From contig CAZDPT010000004.1 of NCBI GenBank assembly GCA_964507665.1, positions 1 to 56,967 on the forward strand: 56,967 bases of DNA. The letters are read 5' to 3'. Positions 43,450 to 51,548 of this stretch are shown in pieces. The position numbers were made by a program, and so were the translations under genes. A model generated the notes under the pieces. That model saw only the letters and a program-made list of their open reading frames with translations, was not told the DNA's origin and made no database searches. Source of the DNA: an uncultured Candidatus Saccharibacteria bacterium (lineage in GTDB: Bacteria > Patescibacteriota > Minisyncoccia > Minisyncoccales > CAYZYK01). Each line of letters starts with the position of its first letter. Within the stretch, counting starts at the first letter, position 1.

Positions 43450-45357
43450 ATGTTTAAAAAAATAACTTTAATTTCACTTTCTTTGTTATTAACTTTTACT
43501 CTTGTTGGAAATGTAGGGGCTCAGTTTGACTGGTTGCCAAGAGCAGGTATTACTCCTGACAGCCCTCTTTATTTCTTAGATAAAATGGGAGAGAAAATAG
43601 GTATGTTTTTTGCTTTCCGAGCAGAAAGCAAAGTAAAAAAAGCCTTAAAATACGCAGAAGAAAGATTAGCTGAAGCTCGAGAGATAGCAGAGAAGGGAAA
43701 GACAGAGGAGGTAAAAGGGACAACCCAGAACTATGAAGAATATCTCAGTTTAGCTCAAGATAAAATTGAAGAAATCAAACAAAAAGGCAGGTCAGTGGAA
43801 GATATTTCCTCTCAGGTAGCAGGAGCTACCTCAAAACATTTAGCTGTTTTAGAAGGCATGTTAGAAAAAGTTCCAGAAGAAGCAAAATCAGCAATAGAGA
43901 AAGCTAAACAAAAATCAAAAAAGGGACATCTAACTTCTGTTGAAATGGTGGCTGGAGAAAAACCAGAAAAAGCAGTTCAAATTAACGCAGAGGCAATAAG
44001 AGAAAGATTAAAGAAAGCAAAACAAGAAGCAAAGAAAAAAAGAGAAGAAAAACTCAAAAAAGTATTGGCAGACTATGAGGAGTTTAAAGATTTTCAAGAA
44101 GAAATGACAGAAAAATACAAAACTTTAGGAACTTTAATAGCAGAAAAAAACGTAGAAGAAATTGATGATTTGGATGAAATTGAAGATGAAGCTGAAGAAA
44201 TTTCTCTTGAAATGAAAGAAAAAATAAAAGAGATTAAATCTGAATTCCAAGAAAATATTAAAGAATCCTTAAAAGGTGTAACTGAAGAAAATCCAGAGAA
44301 AGCAGCTAAAATTAATTTAAATATTTCAGATAAAAAGTTAACTGAGATTAAACAAAAAGGAGAAAAGTTACAAGAAAGAGAAAAGAATTGTCAAACTAAA
44401 TGCTCTGAAATTTGTAAACAAGAAGAAATTGAACCTTGTATTTCAGAATGTGTTGAGACAGCAGAATGTCTAGACGAAGATGAGGAATGTCAAAAAGAAG
44501 TCCAGAATAGATGTAAGGGGGCTTGTCACTCCAAGATAGTTCTTGGGGAGTGTGTCAATGAATGTACTCGTGTTTGTACTCAAAGACAGCAACAAGAAAT
44601 GGAAAGAAGAGTTAATGAGTTTGAAAATCAACACAGATTTGGAGAAGAGATTTCAGCGATTGCTCAGGGTCTCGGCAAAGATACAACTACTATTGAGGAA
44701 TTGGTGGAGCAAGCAAACTCTATCCATTTAGTAATTTTAGGTAGAGTTTATGAGAAAGTTCCAGAGGAAGGAAAAGAATCTATTGAGAGAGCAATGGAAG
44801 CGTCAGCTAAAGGATACCAGGAGGCAGTTCAGAGATTAAAACAAAAAGGAATTCAAAAAGAAGAAAAGGAAATTCCTTTTCCGGCAGGAGTTCCCGAGGA
44901 AACAAGAGAAAGAGTAAAAAACAGAGTTTATCAGAGAATAAGAGAAGAGCAAAGGAACAAAGAAAGAGATTGTATAAATTCTGGAGGTAAAGTTACAGAA
45001 AGAATGTGTTGTAAAGCAGTGGATGATTTTCCCAACCTTTGTTTAGAGGGTCCTTGTGGCTGTGCTCCAGAACACAGTTATTCTGTAAAAGTTTGTGATT
45101 GTGGGGAAGGAATGTGCTTTAATGGTACGGAGTGTGTTTCTTTTGGACAGACCAACGGAAAGGGAGAAAAGCAGGGTGAACAAAAAAGAGAACAAAAACA
45201 GGTTTGTATTCAGGTAATTACCCCAGCTTACAACCCAGAAACAGGGGAATGTAAAGAGTTTCCAACTCCTTGTGATGTCCCAGAAGATTGGGAGAAGGGA
45301 TGTCCCCAAGAAGATACTCCAGTAATGGAAAGAAAAAGAGGAGCGCCCAACCAGTAA
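43450..45357 (+). CDS. secreted coiled-coil / Cys-rich protein with DUF5667-like N-terminus
   Basis: Signal peptide, 'PRAGITPDSPLYFLDKMGEKI', long Glu/Lys-rich helical repeats, and two Cys-rich blocks. Confidence 0.6.
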   Translation: MFKKITLISLSLLLTFTLVGNVGAQFDWLPRAGITPDSPLYFLDKMGEKIGMFFAFRAESKVKKALKYAEERLAEAREIAEKGKTEEVKGTTQNYEEYLSLAQDKIEEIKQKGRSVEDISSQVAGATSKHLAVLEGMLEKVPEEAKSAIEKAKQKSKKGHLTSVEMVAGEKPEKAVQINAEAIRERLKKAKQEAKKKREEKLKKVLADYEEFKDFQEEMTEKYKTLGTLIAEKNVEEIDDLDEIEDEAEEISLEMKEKIKEIKSEFQENIKESLKGVTEENPEKAAKINLNISDKKLTEIKQKGEKLQEREKNCQTKCSEICKQEEIEPCISECVETAECLDEDEECQKEVQNRCKGACHSKIVLGECVNECTRVCTQRQQQEMERRVNEFENQHRFGEEISAIAQGLGKDTTTIEELVEQANSIHLVILGRVYEKVPEEGKESIERAMEASAKGYQEAVQRLKQKGIQKEEKEIPFPAGVPEETRERVKNRVYQRIREEQRNKERDCINSGGKVTERMCCKAVDDFPNLCLEGPCGCAPEHSYSVKVCDCGEGMCFNGTECVSFGQTNGKGEKQGEQKREQKQVCIQVITPAYNPETGECKEFPTPCDVPEDWEKGCPQEDTPVMERKRGAPNQ

Positions 45358-45530
45358 CAATTTAATTAAATTGTTATTTAAACTTAGGTCAAGAGAGAGT
45401 TAAAAGAAACTTGAGAGGCTTCTTAATTTTGTTAAACTTAAAATATCTTTAAAAACTATTAAAACCTGTGAGTCAGGTCCCCTTCTATCTTTGTGGATGG
45501 TAATATAGATTGATTTCTAATGGGGATTGG

Positions 45531-45737
45531 GCCTGATGAGGTGGCTTTTGCGGAAGTGAAAGCTCGGCTTCCTCCGTAATCAAAGGATAACCGAAGACAC
45601 CATGAAGGGTGGTAGAGTCGGTGAAAGTAGTTTTCAAGAGAAATAATAATCTTGGAAGAAACAGGGTGGTACCGCGGAGAACCCTCCGTCCCTGTAGCAT
45701 AACTTAGATTATGCTCCAGAGATGGGAGGTTTTTTTG
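45531..45737 (+). promoter_or_regulatory. T-box leader (tRNA-sensing riboswitch) with intrinsic terminator
   Basis: K-turn-like TGATGAG (45534-40), distal-loop 'AGTGAAAGC', T-box core 'AGGGTGGTACCGCGG...CGTCCCTG' (45663-45694), then terminator CCTCC..AGCATAA/TTATGCT..GGAGG + T7 (to 45736). Confidence 0.8.
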
Positions 45738-45804
45738 TTTGTTTCTTGCAATCAGGTTTTAACAGTACCTTAACAGAAAGATTCCAACAAGGAGAGAAAA
45801 GAAA

Positions 45805-45990
45805 GTGACAAAAAAAAGAGAAGAAAGAGGTTTTAGTACTGAGATGTTAAGAGTGTGTCCCCGGTGTGGAAAAAAGCACCCTCTTTTTAATAGAGAAGGG
45901 GGACATAATTTTATTCCTTCTGTTAGAGGAGATGGAGAAATAGAGAGTATTTGTATTAAATGTAAAGTAAAACAAGAAAGCAGGAAATAA
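45805..45990 (+). CDS. 61-aa zinc-ribbon protein
   Basis: GTG start 8 nt after AAGGAGAG. CPRC...CIKC pairs. Followed by a strong terminator. Confidence 0.55.
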   Translation: MTKKREERGFSTEMLRVCPRCGKKHPLFNREGGHNFIPSVRGDGEIESICIKCKVKQESRK

Positions 45991-45994
45991 TAGT

Positions 45995-46020
45995 AAGCCC
46001 CGTTTTCGGGGCTTTTTGTT
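45995..46020 (+). terminator. rho-independent terminator
   Basis: AAGCCCCG-TTTT-CGGGGCTT followed by TTTGTT. Confidence 0.8.
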
Positions 46021-46058
46021 GACTTGAAAGGTGAAATAATATATCTTAAATAAAAACT

Positions 46059-46340
46059 ATGACAAAAAAAACAAGAATTCATATTTTTGTTTCAGGAAGA
46101 GTCCAGGGAGTTATGTTCCGTGCCAGCACAAAAAAGAAAGCAAAAAAACTGGGTTTGACCGGCTGGGTTCGTAATTTATCAGATAGCAGGGTGGAGGCAA
46201 CTATTGAGGGAGAAAAGCAAAAAATAGAAAAGATGACCGAATGGTTAAAGAGAGGATCTTTTTTAGCTAAAGTTAAAGATATTGATATTGAGAAGCAAGA
46301 GTATAAAGGGGAATTTGAGGGGTTTGAAATAAAGTATTAA
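46059..46340 (+). CDS. acyP: acylphosphatase
   Basis: 'VSGRVQGVMFR' and 'GWVRNLSDSRVE' signatures. Confidence 0.85.
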   Translation: MTKKTRIHIFVSGRVQGVMFRASTKKKAKKLGLTGWVRNLSDSRVEATIEGEKQKIEKMTEWLKRGSFLAKVKDIDIEKQEYKGEFEGFEIKY

Positions 46341-46349
46341 AGATAAAAC

Positions 46350-46823
46350 TTGAAAATGAAAAAATTAACCCTTTGTTTATTAACCAGAAAAAAGAACAAA
46401 GAAGTTCTTTTGGCTATGAAAAAGAGAGGTTTTGGGGCTGGGAAATGGAATGGAGTTGGTGGGAAATTTGATTCAAATAAAGGAGATAGGAATGTTGAAG
46501 ATGCTGCCAAAAGAGAGACTGAAGAGGAAATCGGAGTTAAAATAAAAAAGTTTGAGGAAGTTGGTTTTTTAAATTTTCGTTTTCCCAAAAAACCAGAATG
46601 GGATCAAGATGTTCATGTATTTTTGGTAAAAGATTGGAAAGGAACTCCCACAGAAACAGAGGAGATGAAACCAAAATGGTTCTTAAGAAAAGAGATTCCT
46701 TTTAATAAAATGTGGGATGCAGATAAATTCTGGTTGCCCCATATCTTGAAAGGTAAAGAACTTAAAGCTGAGTTTGTTTATGAGAAAGATAAAGTTTCAG
46801 AAAAGAAAATTGAGTTTGTGTAG
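46350..46823 (+). CDS. NUDIX hydrolase (MutT-like)
   Basis: Nudix box 'GGKFDSNKGDRNVEDAAKRETEEEIGV'. Confidence 0.8.
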   Translation: MKMKKLTLCLLTRKKNKEVLLAMKKRGFGAGKWNGVGGKFDSNKGDRNVEDAAKRETEEEIGVKIKKFEEVGFLNFRFPKKPEWDQDVHVFLVKDWKGTPTETEEMKPKWFLRKEIPFNKMWDADKFWLPHILKGKELKAEFVYEKDKVSEKKIEFV

Positions 46824-46941
46824 AAAATAAGGAAAATATATTTTAAAACCCGCTTTTAAAAGCGGGTTTGACAAAAAAGAAAACTTTAATTAAGATTAGC
46901 CACAGTTCTTTGTCTGAAAACAACCAGAGAGGAGGGGAAAA

Positions 46942-47367
46942 ATGAGAGTAGTAATGTATAGTTTGGGTGCTTCTTTCTTGATAGGTGTCAGCATTTTCCT
47001 TTACCGAATAGCTATGCTTAATATTAAAGAACCTTTAGTTGGGGCTGCAATACGTCTTTTTATCAGTTTTTTTGTTTGTCTGCTCGCTTTAGGACTAGGC
47101 AAAGATAATTTTATCAAGTCTTTTTCTAGACTTAACTGGAAAGGCTTGATTGCTATGGTAAGTGCTGGACTGTTGATGGGGGTAGGATCTTGGCTCATTA
47201 TGAGTGCTTACAAATACGGAGAGGTTAAACTAGCAACTCCAATAATAGCAATATATCCTCTTTTTGCTGTCATATTGGCTGTTCTCTTTTTAGGAGAACA
47301 GTTGACTCTTCAGAAGGCAATAGGAACCATCGTTATACTCTGTGGCTTGGTATTGGTTGTTAAGTAA
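46942..47367 (+). CDS. EamA-domain (DMT superfamily) small membrane transporter
   Basis: 141 aa with 4-5 TM helices and a C-terminal 'LGEQLTLQKAIGTIVILCGLVLV' EamA-like end. Confidence 0.65.
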   Translation: MRVVMYSLGASFLIGVSIFLYRIAMLNIKEPLVGAAIRLFISFFVCLLALGLGKDNFIKSFSRLNWKGLIAMVSAGLLMGVGSWLIMSAYKYGEVKLATPIIAIYPLFAVILAVLFLGEQLTLQKAIGTIVILCGLVLVVK

Positions 47368-47383
47368 TTTTTGGTAAAGAAAG

Positions 47384-47410
47384 GAGCGTTTTTGGAACGC
47401 TCTTTTTATT
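47384..47410 (+). terminator. rho-independent terminator
   Basis: GAGCGTT-TTTGG-AACGCTC plus a T-run. Lies inside the 5' extension of the track ORF 47371, supporting a later start for the next gene. Confidence 0.6.
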
Positions 47411-47436
47411 TTAAAAAAAGGCTATTTTCTGATAAA

Positions 47437-48201
47437 ATGAAATATATTATGAGTAAAAACATAGTTAAAGTTAAAAATGTAAAAATAGGAAAAGGTTTTT
47501 GTGTAATTGGAGGGCCTTGCGCTATAGAATCAGAAAAACAGTTGTTGAAAACAGCAAAAGCAATAAAAGGCAATATTGATATTTTAAGGGGTGGTGCTTT
47601 CAAGCCCCGAACTTCACCTGAGAGCTTTCAGGGGTTAGCTGAGAAGGGCTTGAGGATTTTAAAGAAAGTAAGTCAAAAATTAAATATTCCTACCGTAACT
47701 GAAGTTATGGATACAAGAGATGTCGAGTTGGTAAGTAAATATACAGATATACTGCAAATTGGAGCAAGGAATATGCAGAACTATCCTTTGTTGCGTGAAG
47801 TAGGGAAAAGTAAAAAACCTGTTTTATTGAAAAGACATTTTGGATCTAAAATAAAAGAGGTTCTTTCTGGGGCAGATTATATTTTAAAAGAAGGAAATGA
47901 GAAGATAGTTTTATGTGAAAGAGGAATAAGAACTTTTGAGGATTCTTTAAGGTTTACTTTAGATTTTGCTGGAGCTTTATTTCTTCAGCAAAACTCAAAA
48001 TTTCCTGTAATAATTGATCCCTCACATGCCACTGGCAGTCCTGATTTAATTGTACCTTTAGTTAAAGCAAGCAGAGCAGCAGGGTTGGATGGGGTAATGG
48101 TTGAAGTTCATATTGCTCCAAGAGAAGCTAAAAGTGATGCAGAACAACAATTAACCCCCGAGCAATTTAATAGTATTTTTAAAGGTCGAAATAATTTTTA
48201 A
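47437..48201 (+). CDS. 3-deoxy-7-phosphoheptulonate (DAHP) synthase, type I-beta, no regulatory domain
   Basis: 'GGPCAIES' and 'LRGGAFKPRTSPESFQGL' signatures. Start set at ATG 47437. Confidence 0.8.
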   Translation: MKYIMSKNIVKVKNVKIGKGFCVIGGPCAIESEKQLLKTAKAIKGNIDILRGGAFKPRTSPESFQGLAEKGLRILKKVSQKLNIPTVTEVMDTRDVELVSKYTDILQIGARNMQNYPLLREVGKSKKPVLLKRHFGSKIKEVLSGADYILKEGNEKIVLCERGIRTFEDSLRFTLDFAGALFLQQNSKFPVIIDPSHATGSPDLIVPLVKASRAAGLDGVMVEVHIAPREAKSDAEQQLTPEQFNSIFKGRNNF

Positions 48202-48220
48202 TTAAGATTATCTATTTTCA

Positions 48221-48661
48221 ATGAAACTTACTAGTTCAGTTTTTGAGAACAAGGGTTCGATTCCTTCCAAATATACCTGTGATGGGGAAGATATAAATCC
48301 ACCCCTTAATTTAAGTGATGTTCCAGATGATACTGAGAGTTTGGTTTTAATTGTTGACGATCCTGATGCACCCGGTAAAACCTGGGATCATTGGATAGTT
48401 TGGAATATTCCAGCAACAGTATCTGAAATTGAAGAAGATTCTGTTCCAGAAGGCGCTGTTCAAGGAATGAACGATTTTGGCAAACAACCTTATGGTGGTC
48501 CTTGCCCACCCAGCGGAACCCACAATTATCACTTTAAACTATATGCTTTGGATGCTGAGTTGAATCTTGATTCCTCAGTAAAAAAACAAGATGTTTTTAA
48601 AGCAATGGAAGGACATATTTTAGAAGAAGCAGAATTGGTTGGTAAATATCAGCGCCAATAA
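48221..48661 (+). CDS. YbhB/YbcL family PEBP-like protein
   Basis: 'DDPDAP' and 'WDHWIVWNIP', 'GPCPPSGTHNYHF' motifs. Confidence 0.85.
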   Translation: MKLTSSVFENKGSIPSKYTCDGEDINPPLNLSDVPDDTESLVLIVDDPDAPGKTWDHWIVWNIPATVSEIEEDSVPEGAVQGMNDFGKQPYGGPCPPSGTHNYHFKLYALDAELNLDSSVKKQDVFKAMEGHILEEAELVGKYQRQ

Positions 48662-48713
48662 AAGTTAAAAAAGATAAAAAAAGCTCAACAGTTTGAGTTT
48701 TTTGGGGGAATTT

Positions 48714-49574
48714 ATGTCTGATATTAATTTTTCAAAAATTTTTTCTTTTTCAAAGTTAAAACTGTTTGATAAATGTAAAAAACAGTATTATTTTAATTAT
48801 TTAGATAAAGAAATTGCTCCTATTAAAAAAGAATTGAAAAAACCCAGAGATTATAAAACGAAAGGGAGTGCTGTTCATGATGCAATTACTTTGTTTTATT
48901 ATCTCCCAGAAAAAGAAAGAACTTTTAAAAATCTTAAAGAGTGTCTTAAGAAAGCTTGGTTTTCAGAAAAAAATCCAGATAAGAAGCCACCATTAGGAGA
49001 ATTAGGTGGATTCTCTGATTTAAATCACGAGAGAAAAACATACAAGGAAAGTCTGGAATTACTCGGTAATTTTTTTAAAATGTCGGATTCAAATCCTTCT
49101 CTTTTTCTTTTACCCACAGAGAAAATTAAGGATTCTTTCTGTGATTATGAGGATTTAATAACTTCTCTTAATAATAATTTTTCTATTTCTGGGAAGTTTG
49201 ACAGAATCGATAAACTTGAAGATAACAGTTTAAAGATAATTGATTTTAAAACTTCAAAAAATAATCAAGATTTTTTTCAACTTAAATTCTATAAACTTTT
49301 AGCAGAACTCAATTTTAAAAAGAAAGTTAAGAAAGTTGCTTTTTACTATCTTCGAAATAAAAAAATTAAAAAATTTGATGTTAGTGATACCGGAAAACAA
49401 AAAATTAAGAAAGGAGTATTAAGTAAAATTAGAAAAATTAAAAGTAGCAAAAAATTCCCTCCCCAACCCAGTAGATTATGTGATTATTGTGATTTCAGAG
49501 AAGTATGTCCGGTGTTTGCTTCTGTTACAGAAAAGAAAAGATTGATTAAAGAGGTAAAAAGTAGGATTAATTAA
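48714..49574 (+). CDS. PD-(D/E)XK (RecB/Cas4-like) nuclease with C-terminal Cys cluster
   Basis: 'GKFDRIDKLEDNSLKIIDFKTSK' (D..D/ExK core) and C-terminal 'CDYCDFREVCP'. ATG 48714 is preceded by GGGGGA. Confidence 0.65.
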   Translation: MSDINFSKIFSFSKLKLFDKCKKQYYFNYLDKEIAPIKKELKKPRDYKTKGSAVHDAITLFYYLPEKERTFKNLKECLKKAWFSEKNPDKKPPLGELGGFSDLNHERKTYKESLELLGNFFKMSDSNPSLFLLPTEKIKDSFCDYEDLITSLNNNFSISGKFDRIDKLEDNSLKIIDFKTSKNNQDFFQLKFYKLLAELNFKKKVKKVAFYYLRNKKIKKFDVSDTGKQKIKKGVLSKIRKIKSSKKFPPQPSRLCDYCDFREVCPVFASVTEKKRLIKEVKSRIN

Positions 49575-49590
49575 AATAATAAATAATAGA

Positions 49591-50043
49591 ATGAATAAAG
49601 AAAAATCAACCCCTAAAGTAGTTATAGATACTAATCTTTTAGTGGCTGGCTTCTTTAATAAAAAGAGTCATTCTGCTAAAATTTTAAAGATGGCAAAAAA
49701 GGGAGAAATAAAGGTTTTTTGGACAAGAAAGATTAAAAAAGAAGGCAAATTTATTCTGGGGAATATTACAAAATCTTTGTCTTCGAAGAGACGTTTTAAA
49801 AGAAGAGCAAGAAGATTTAAGAAAGACTTGAAAAAAATATTTCAGAATGAGAATAAGATTAAATATCCTCCAAAAATTAAAATAGTAAAAGAAGACCCAG
49901 ACGATAATAAGTTTTTATCTTGCGCTAAGAAAGCAAAAGTTGATCTAATAATTTCTAACGATAGCCATCTTCTTAATATAGGAAAATTTGATAATATTCC
50001 TATCTTAACTTCCAAACAGGCTTTTAAAAAAATATCCACTTGA
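49591..50043 (+). CDS. PIN-domain protein
   Basis: 'VVIDTNLLVAG' N-terminal acidic motif and distal 'IISNDSHL'. Confidence 0.7.
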   Translation: MNKEKSTPKVVIDTNLLVAGFFNKKSHSAKILKMAKKGEIKVFWTRKIKKEGKFILGNITKSLSSKRRFKRRARRFKKDLKKIFQNENKIKYPPKIKIVKEDPDDNKFLSCAKKAKVDLIISNDSHLLNIGKFDNIPILTSKQAFKKIST

Positions 50044-50067
50044 CAATTTTCTTAAGTTTGTTAAATT
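50040..50067 (+). promoter_or_regulatory. sigma70-like promoter TTGACA-16-TAAATT
   Basis: The -35 hexamer overlaps the PIN stop codon. Would start a transcript about 15 nt upstream of the mini-ORF. Confidence 0.35.
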
Positions 50068-50088
50068 TAAAACATAATAATAAAAAAG

Positions 50089-50181
50089 ATGATATTTATT
50101 AACCTCTTAACTAACTTACTGCTTCTTAACTTACTACTTCTCAGATCAGAGGAGCGGTTAAGAGGTTCAATTTCTATCTAA
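50089..50181 (+). CDS. 30-codon Leu-rich mini-ORF (leader peptide or small hydrophobic toxin-like peptide)
   Basis: MIFINLLTNLLLLNLLLLRSEERLRGSISI. It has 11 Leu codons of five synonymous types and overlaps an 11-bp long-range stem. No strong SD. Confidence 0.35.
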   Translation: MIFINLLTNLLLLNLLLLRSEERLRGSISI

Positions 50182-50211
50182 AAAATAAGTAAAAATAGAG
50201 TAAACTAAAGA

Positions 50212-50240
50212 GCCTCTTAACCAAGAGGCCTTTTAGTTTG
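50212..50240 (+). terminator. rho-independent terminator (arm shared with an alternative pairing)
   Basis: GCCTCTT-AACC-AAGAGGC followed by CTTTTAGTTTG. Confidence 0.55.
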
Positions 50241-50282
50241 TTTTGTTGCTCTTTAACAACCACAGCAGAAAGGAGGCAGAGA

Positions 50283-50468
50283 ATGGGAACAGAAGAATTT
50301 CCTGACAGAGAACAGACAGAACTCACCCAAGAGGAAGATTCAAAGGATGAAGAAGAAAAGACCAGAGAAGAAGATTCAGAAAAAGATTCTTCTACTAATA
50401 GGTTTTTTCCACCAAATGCCCATGGAGAGATAAGAATTAAACCCAAAGATGGAAGAATTCCGTTTTGA
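50283..50468 (+). CDS. 61-aa highly acidic protein
   Basis: ATG 50283 is preceded by AAAGGAGGCAGAGA. Glu/Asp-rich with C-terminal 'NAHGEIRIKPKDGRIPF'. Followed by a terminator. Confidence 0.5.
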   Translation: MGTEEFPDREQTELTQEEDSKDEEEKTREEDSEKDSSTNRFFPPNAHGEIRIKPKDGRIPF

Positions 50469-50501
50469 TCTTTGTTGTTTTTCCTTCTTAGTAAGCGTAG
50501 G

Positions 50502-50530
50502 GTCCAAGAGATAACTCTTGGACTCTTTTA
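50502..50530 (+). terminator. rho-independent terminator
   Basis: GTCCAAGAG-ATAA-CTCTTGGAC followed by TCTTTTATT. Confidence 0.7.
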
Positions 50531-50606
50531 TTATATTTAATAATTTGAATTTATTCTTGAATAAACTTAGAATGAATTAGTGTAAAAAGTAATTTTTAAG
50601 TCTAAA

Positions 50607-51476
50607 ATGAGTAAAGTAGCTTTAATAAAAGGTAATAATCGTTATCAGAATGTATTTTTAGCTTTAAAAGAAATTGAAAAAGAAGTAGAAGAGAAAGTAA
50701 AGAGTAAAGATAAAATTATTATCAAGCCTAATTTTACTACAGTTAGTAATCAATTGGCAGCAACTCATGTTGAGGCTGTAAAAGCTGTTTTGGATTTTTT
50801 AAAACCTTTAACCTCCCAGAAGATTATTGTAGCAGAAGGAGCATCAATGGGAAAGACGGAACAAGGTTTTAAAAATTATGATTATTTAAAATTAAAAAAA
50901 GATTACAATATTGATTTCTTTGATCTTAATCAAGATAATTTTACAGAGAAAGAAATTTTTTCAAGAAATTTAAAACCCTTAAAAGTTGGAGTAGCTGAAA
51001 CAATTTTGAAAAGCGATTTTATAATTTCTGTTTGTCCTCCCAAGACCCATGATGTTGTGGTGGTAACTTTATCTTTAAAAAACCTTTTGGTTGGAAGTTT
51101 GGAGCAAAAAAGCAAAATTCACCAAGGTTATAAAGCGATAAATTTAAGTTTAGCTAAATTGACAGAAACTTTTTCTCCTCATTTAAGTGTTATTGATGGT
51201 TTTTTGGGAATGGAAGGGGAGGGACCTGTTCACGGAAGTTCTGTTAAAATGAGAATTGCTTTGGCTGGGACTGATTTTTTGAGTACAGATATAGTTGGAG
51301 CTAACTTAATGGGTTTTAATATTTCCCAAATAGGATATCTTTATTATTGTAATCAAAGAGGATTAGGGGAGGGAAACTTAGATAATATTGATGTTTTAGG
51401 AAATACTTCTTTGGATAAAGTAAAAAAGAAATTTAAACCACACTCTACATTTGAACAACAACTGGATTGGAGATAG
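50607..51476 (+). CDS. DUF362-domain protein
   Basis: 289 aa. 'IIIKPNF' start motif and overall layout typical of DUF362. Confidence 0.6.
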   Translation: MSKVALIKGNNRYQNVFLALKEIEKEVEEKVKSKDKIIIKPNFTTVSNQLAATHVEAVKAVLDFLKPLTSQKIIVAEGASMGKTEQGFKNYDYLKLKKDYNIDFFDLNQDNFTEKEIFSRNLKPLKVGVAETILKSDFIISVCPPKTHDVVVVTLSLKNLLVGSLEQKSKIHQGYKAINLSLAKLTETFSPHLSVIDGFLGMEGEGPVHGSSVKMRIALAGTDFLSTDIVGANLMGFNISQIGYLYYCNQRGLGEGNLDNIDVLGNTSLDKVKKKFKPHSTFEQQLDWR

Positions 51477-51548
51477 AATAAGTTATAATGAAGGGAGTAA
51501 AAATAACTTTTAAAAGTCGGCTATAAAATATAAAAAATACAAAAAATT

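Noticed and set aside
45485-46082. Minus-strand ORFs 45485-45700 and 45759-46082.
   Set aside because: They overlap the T-box leader and the plus-strand zinc-ribbon ORF with its terminator. Their products are low-complexity and have no motifs, so they are treated as antisense shadows.
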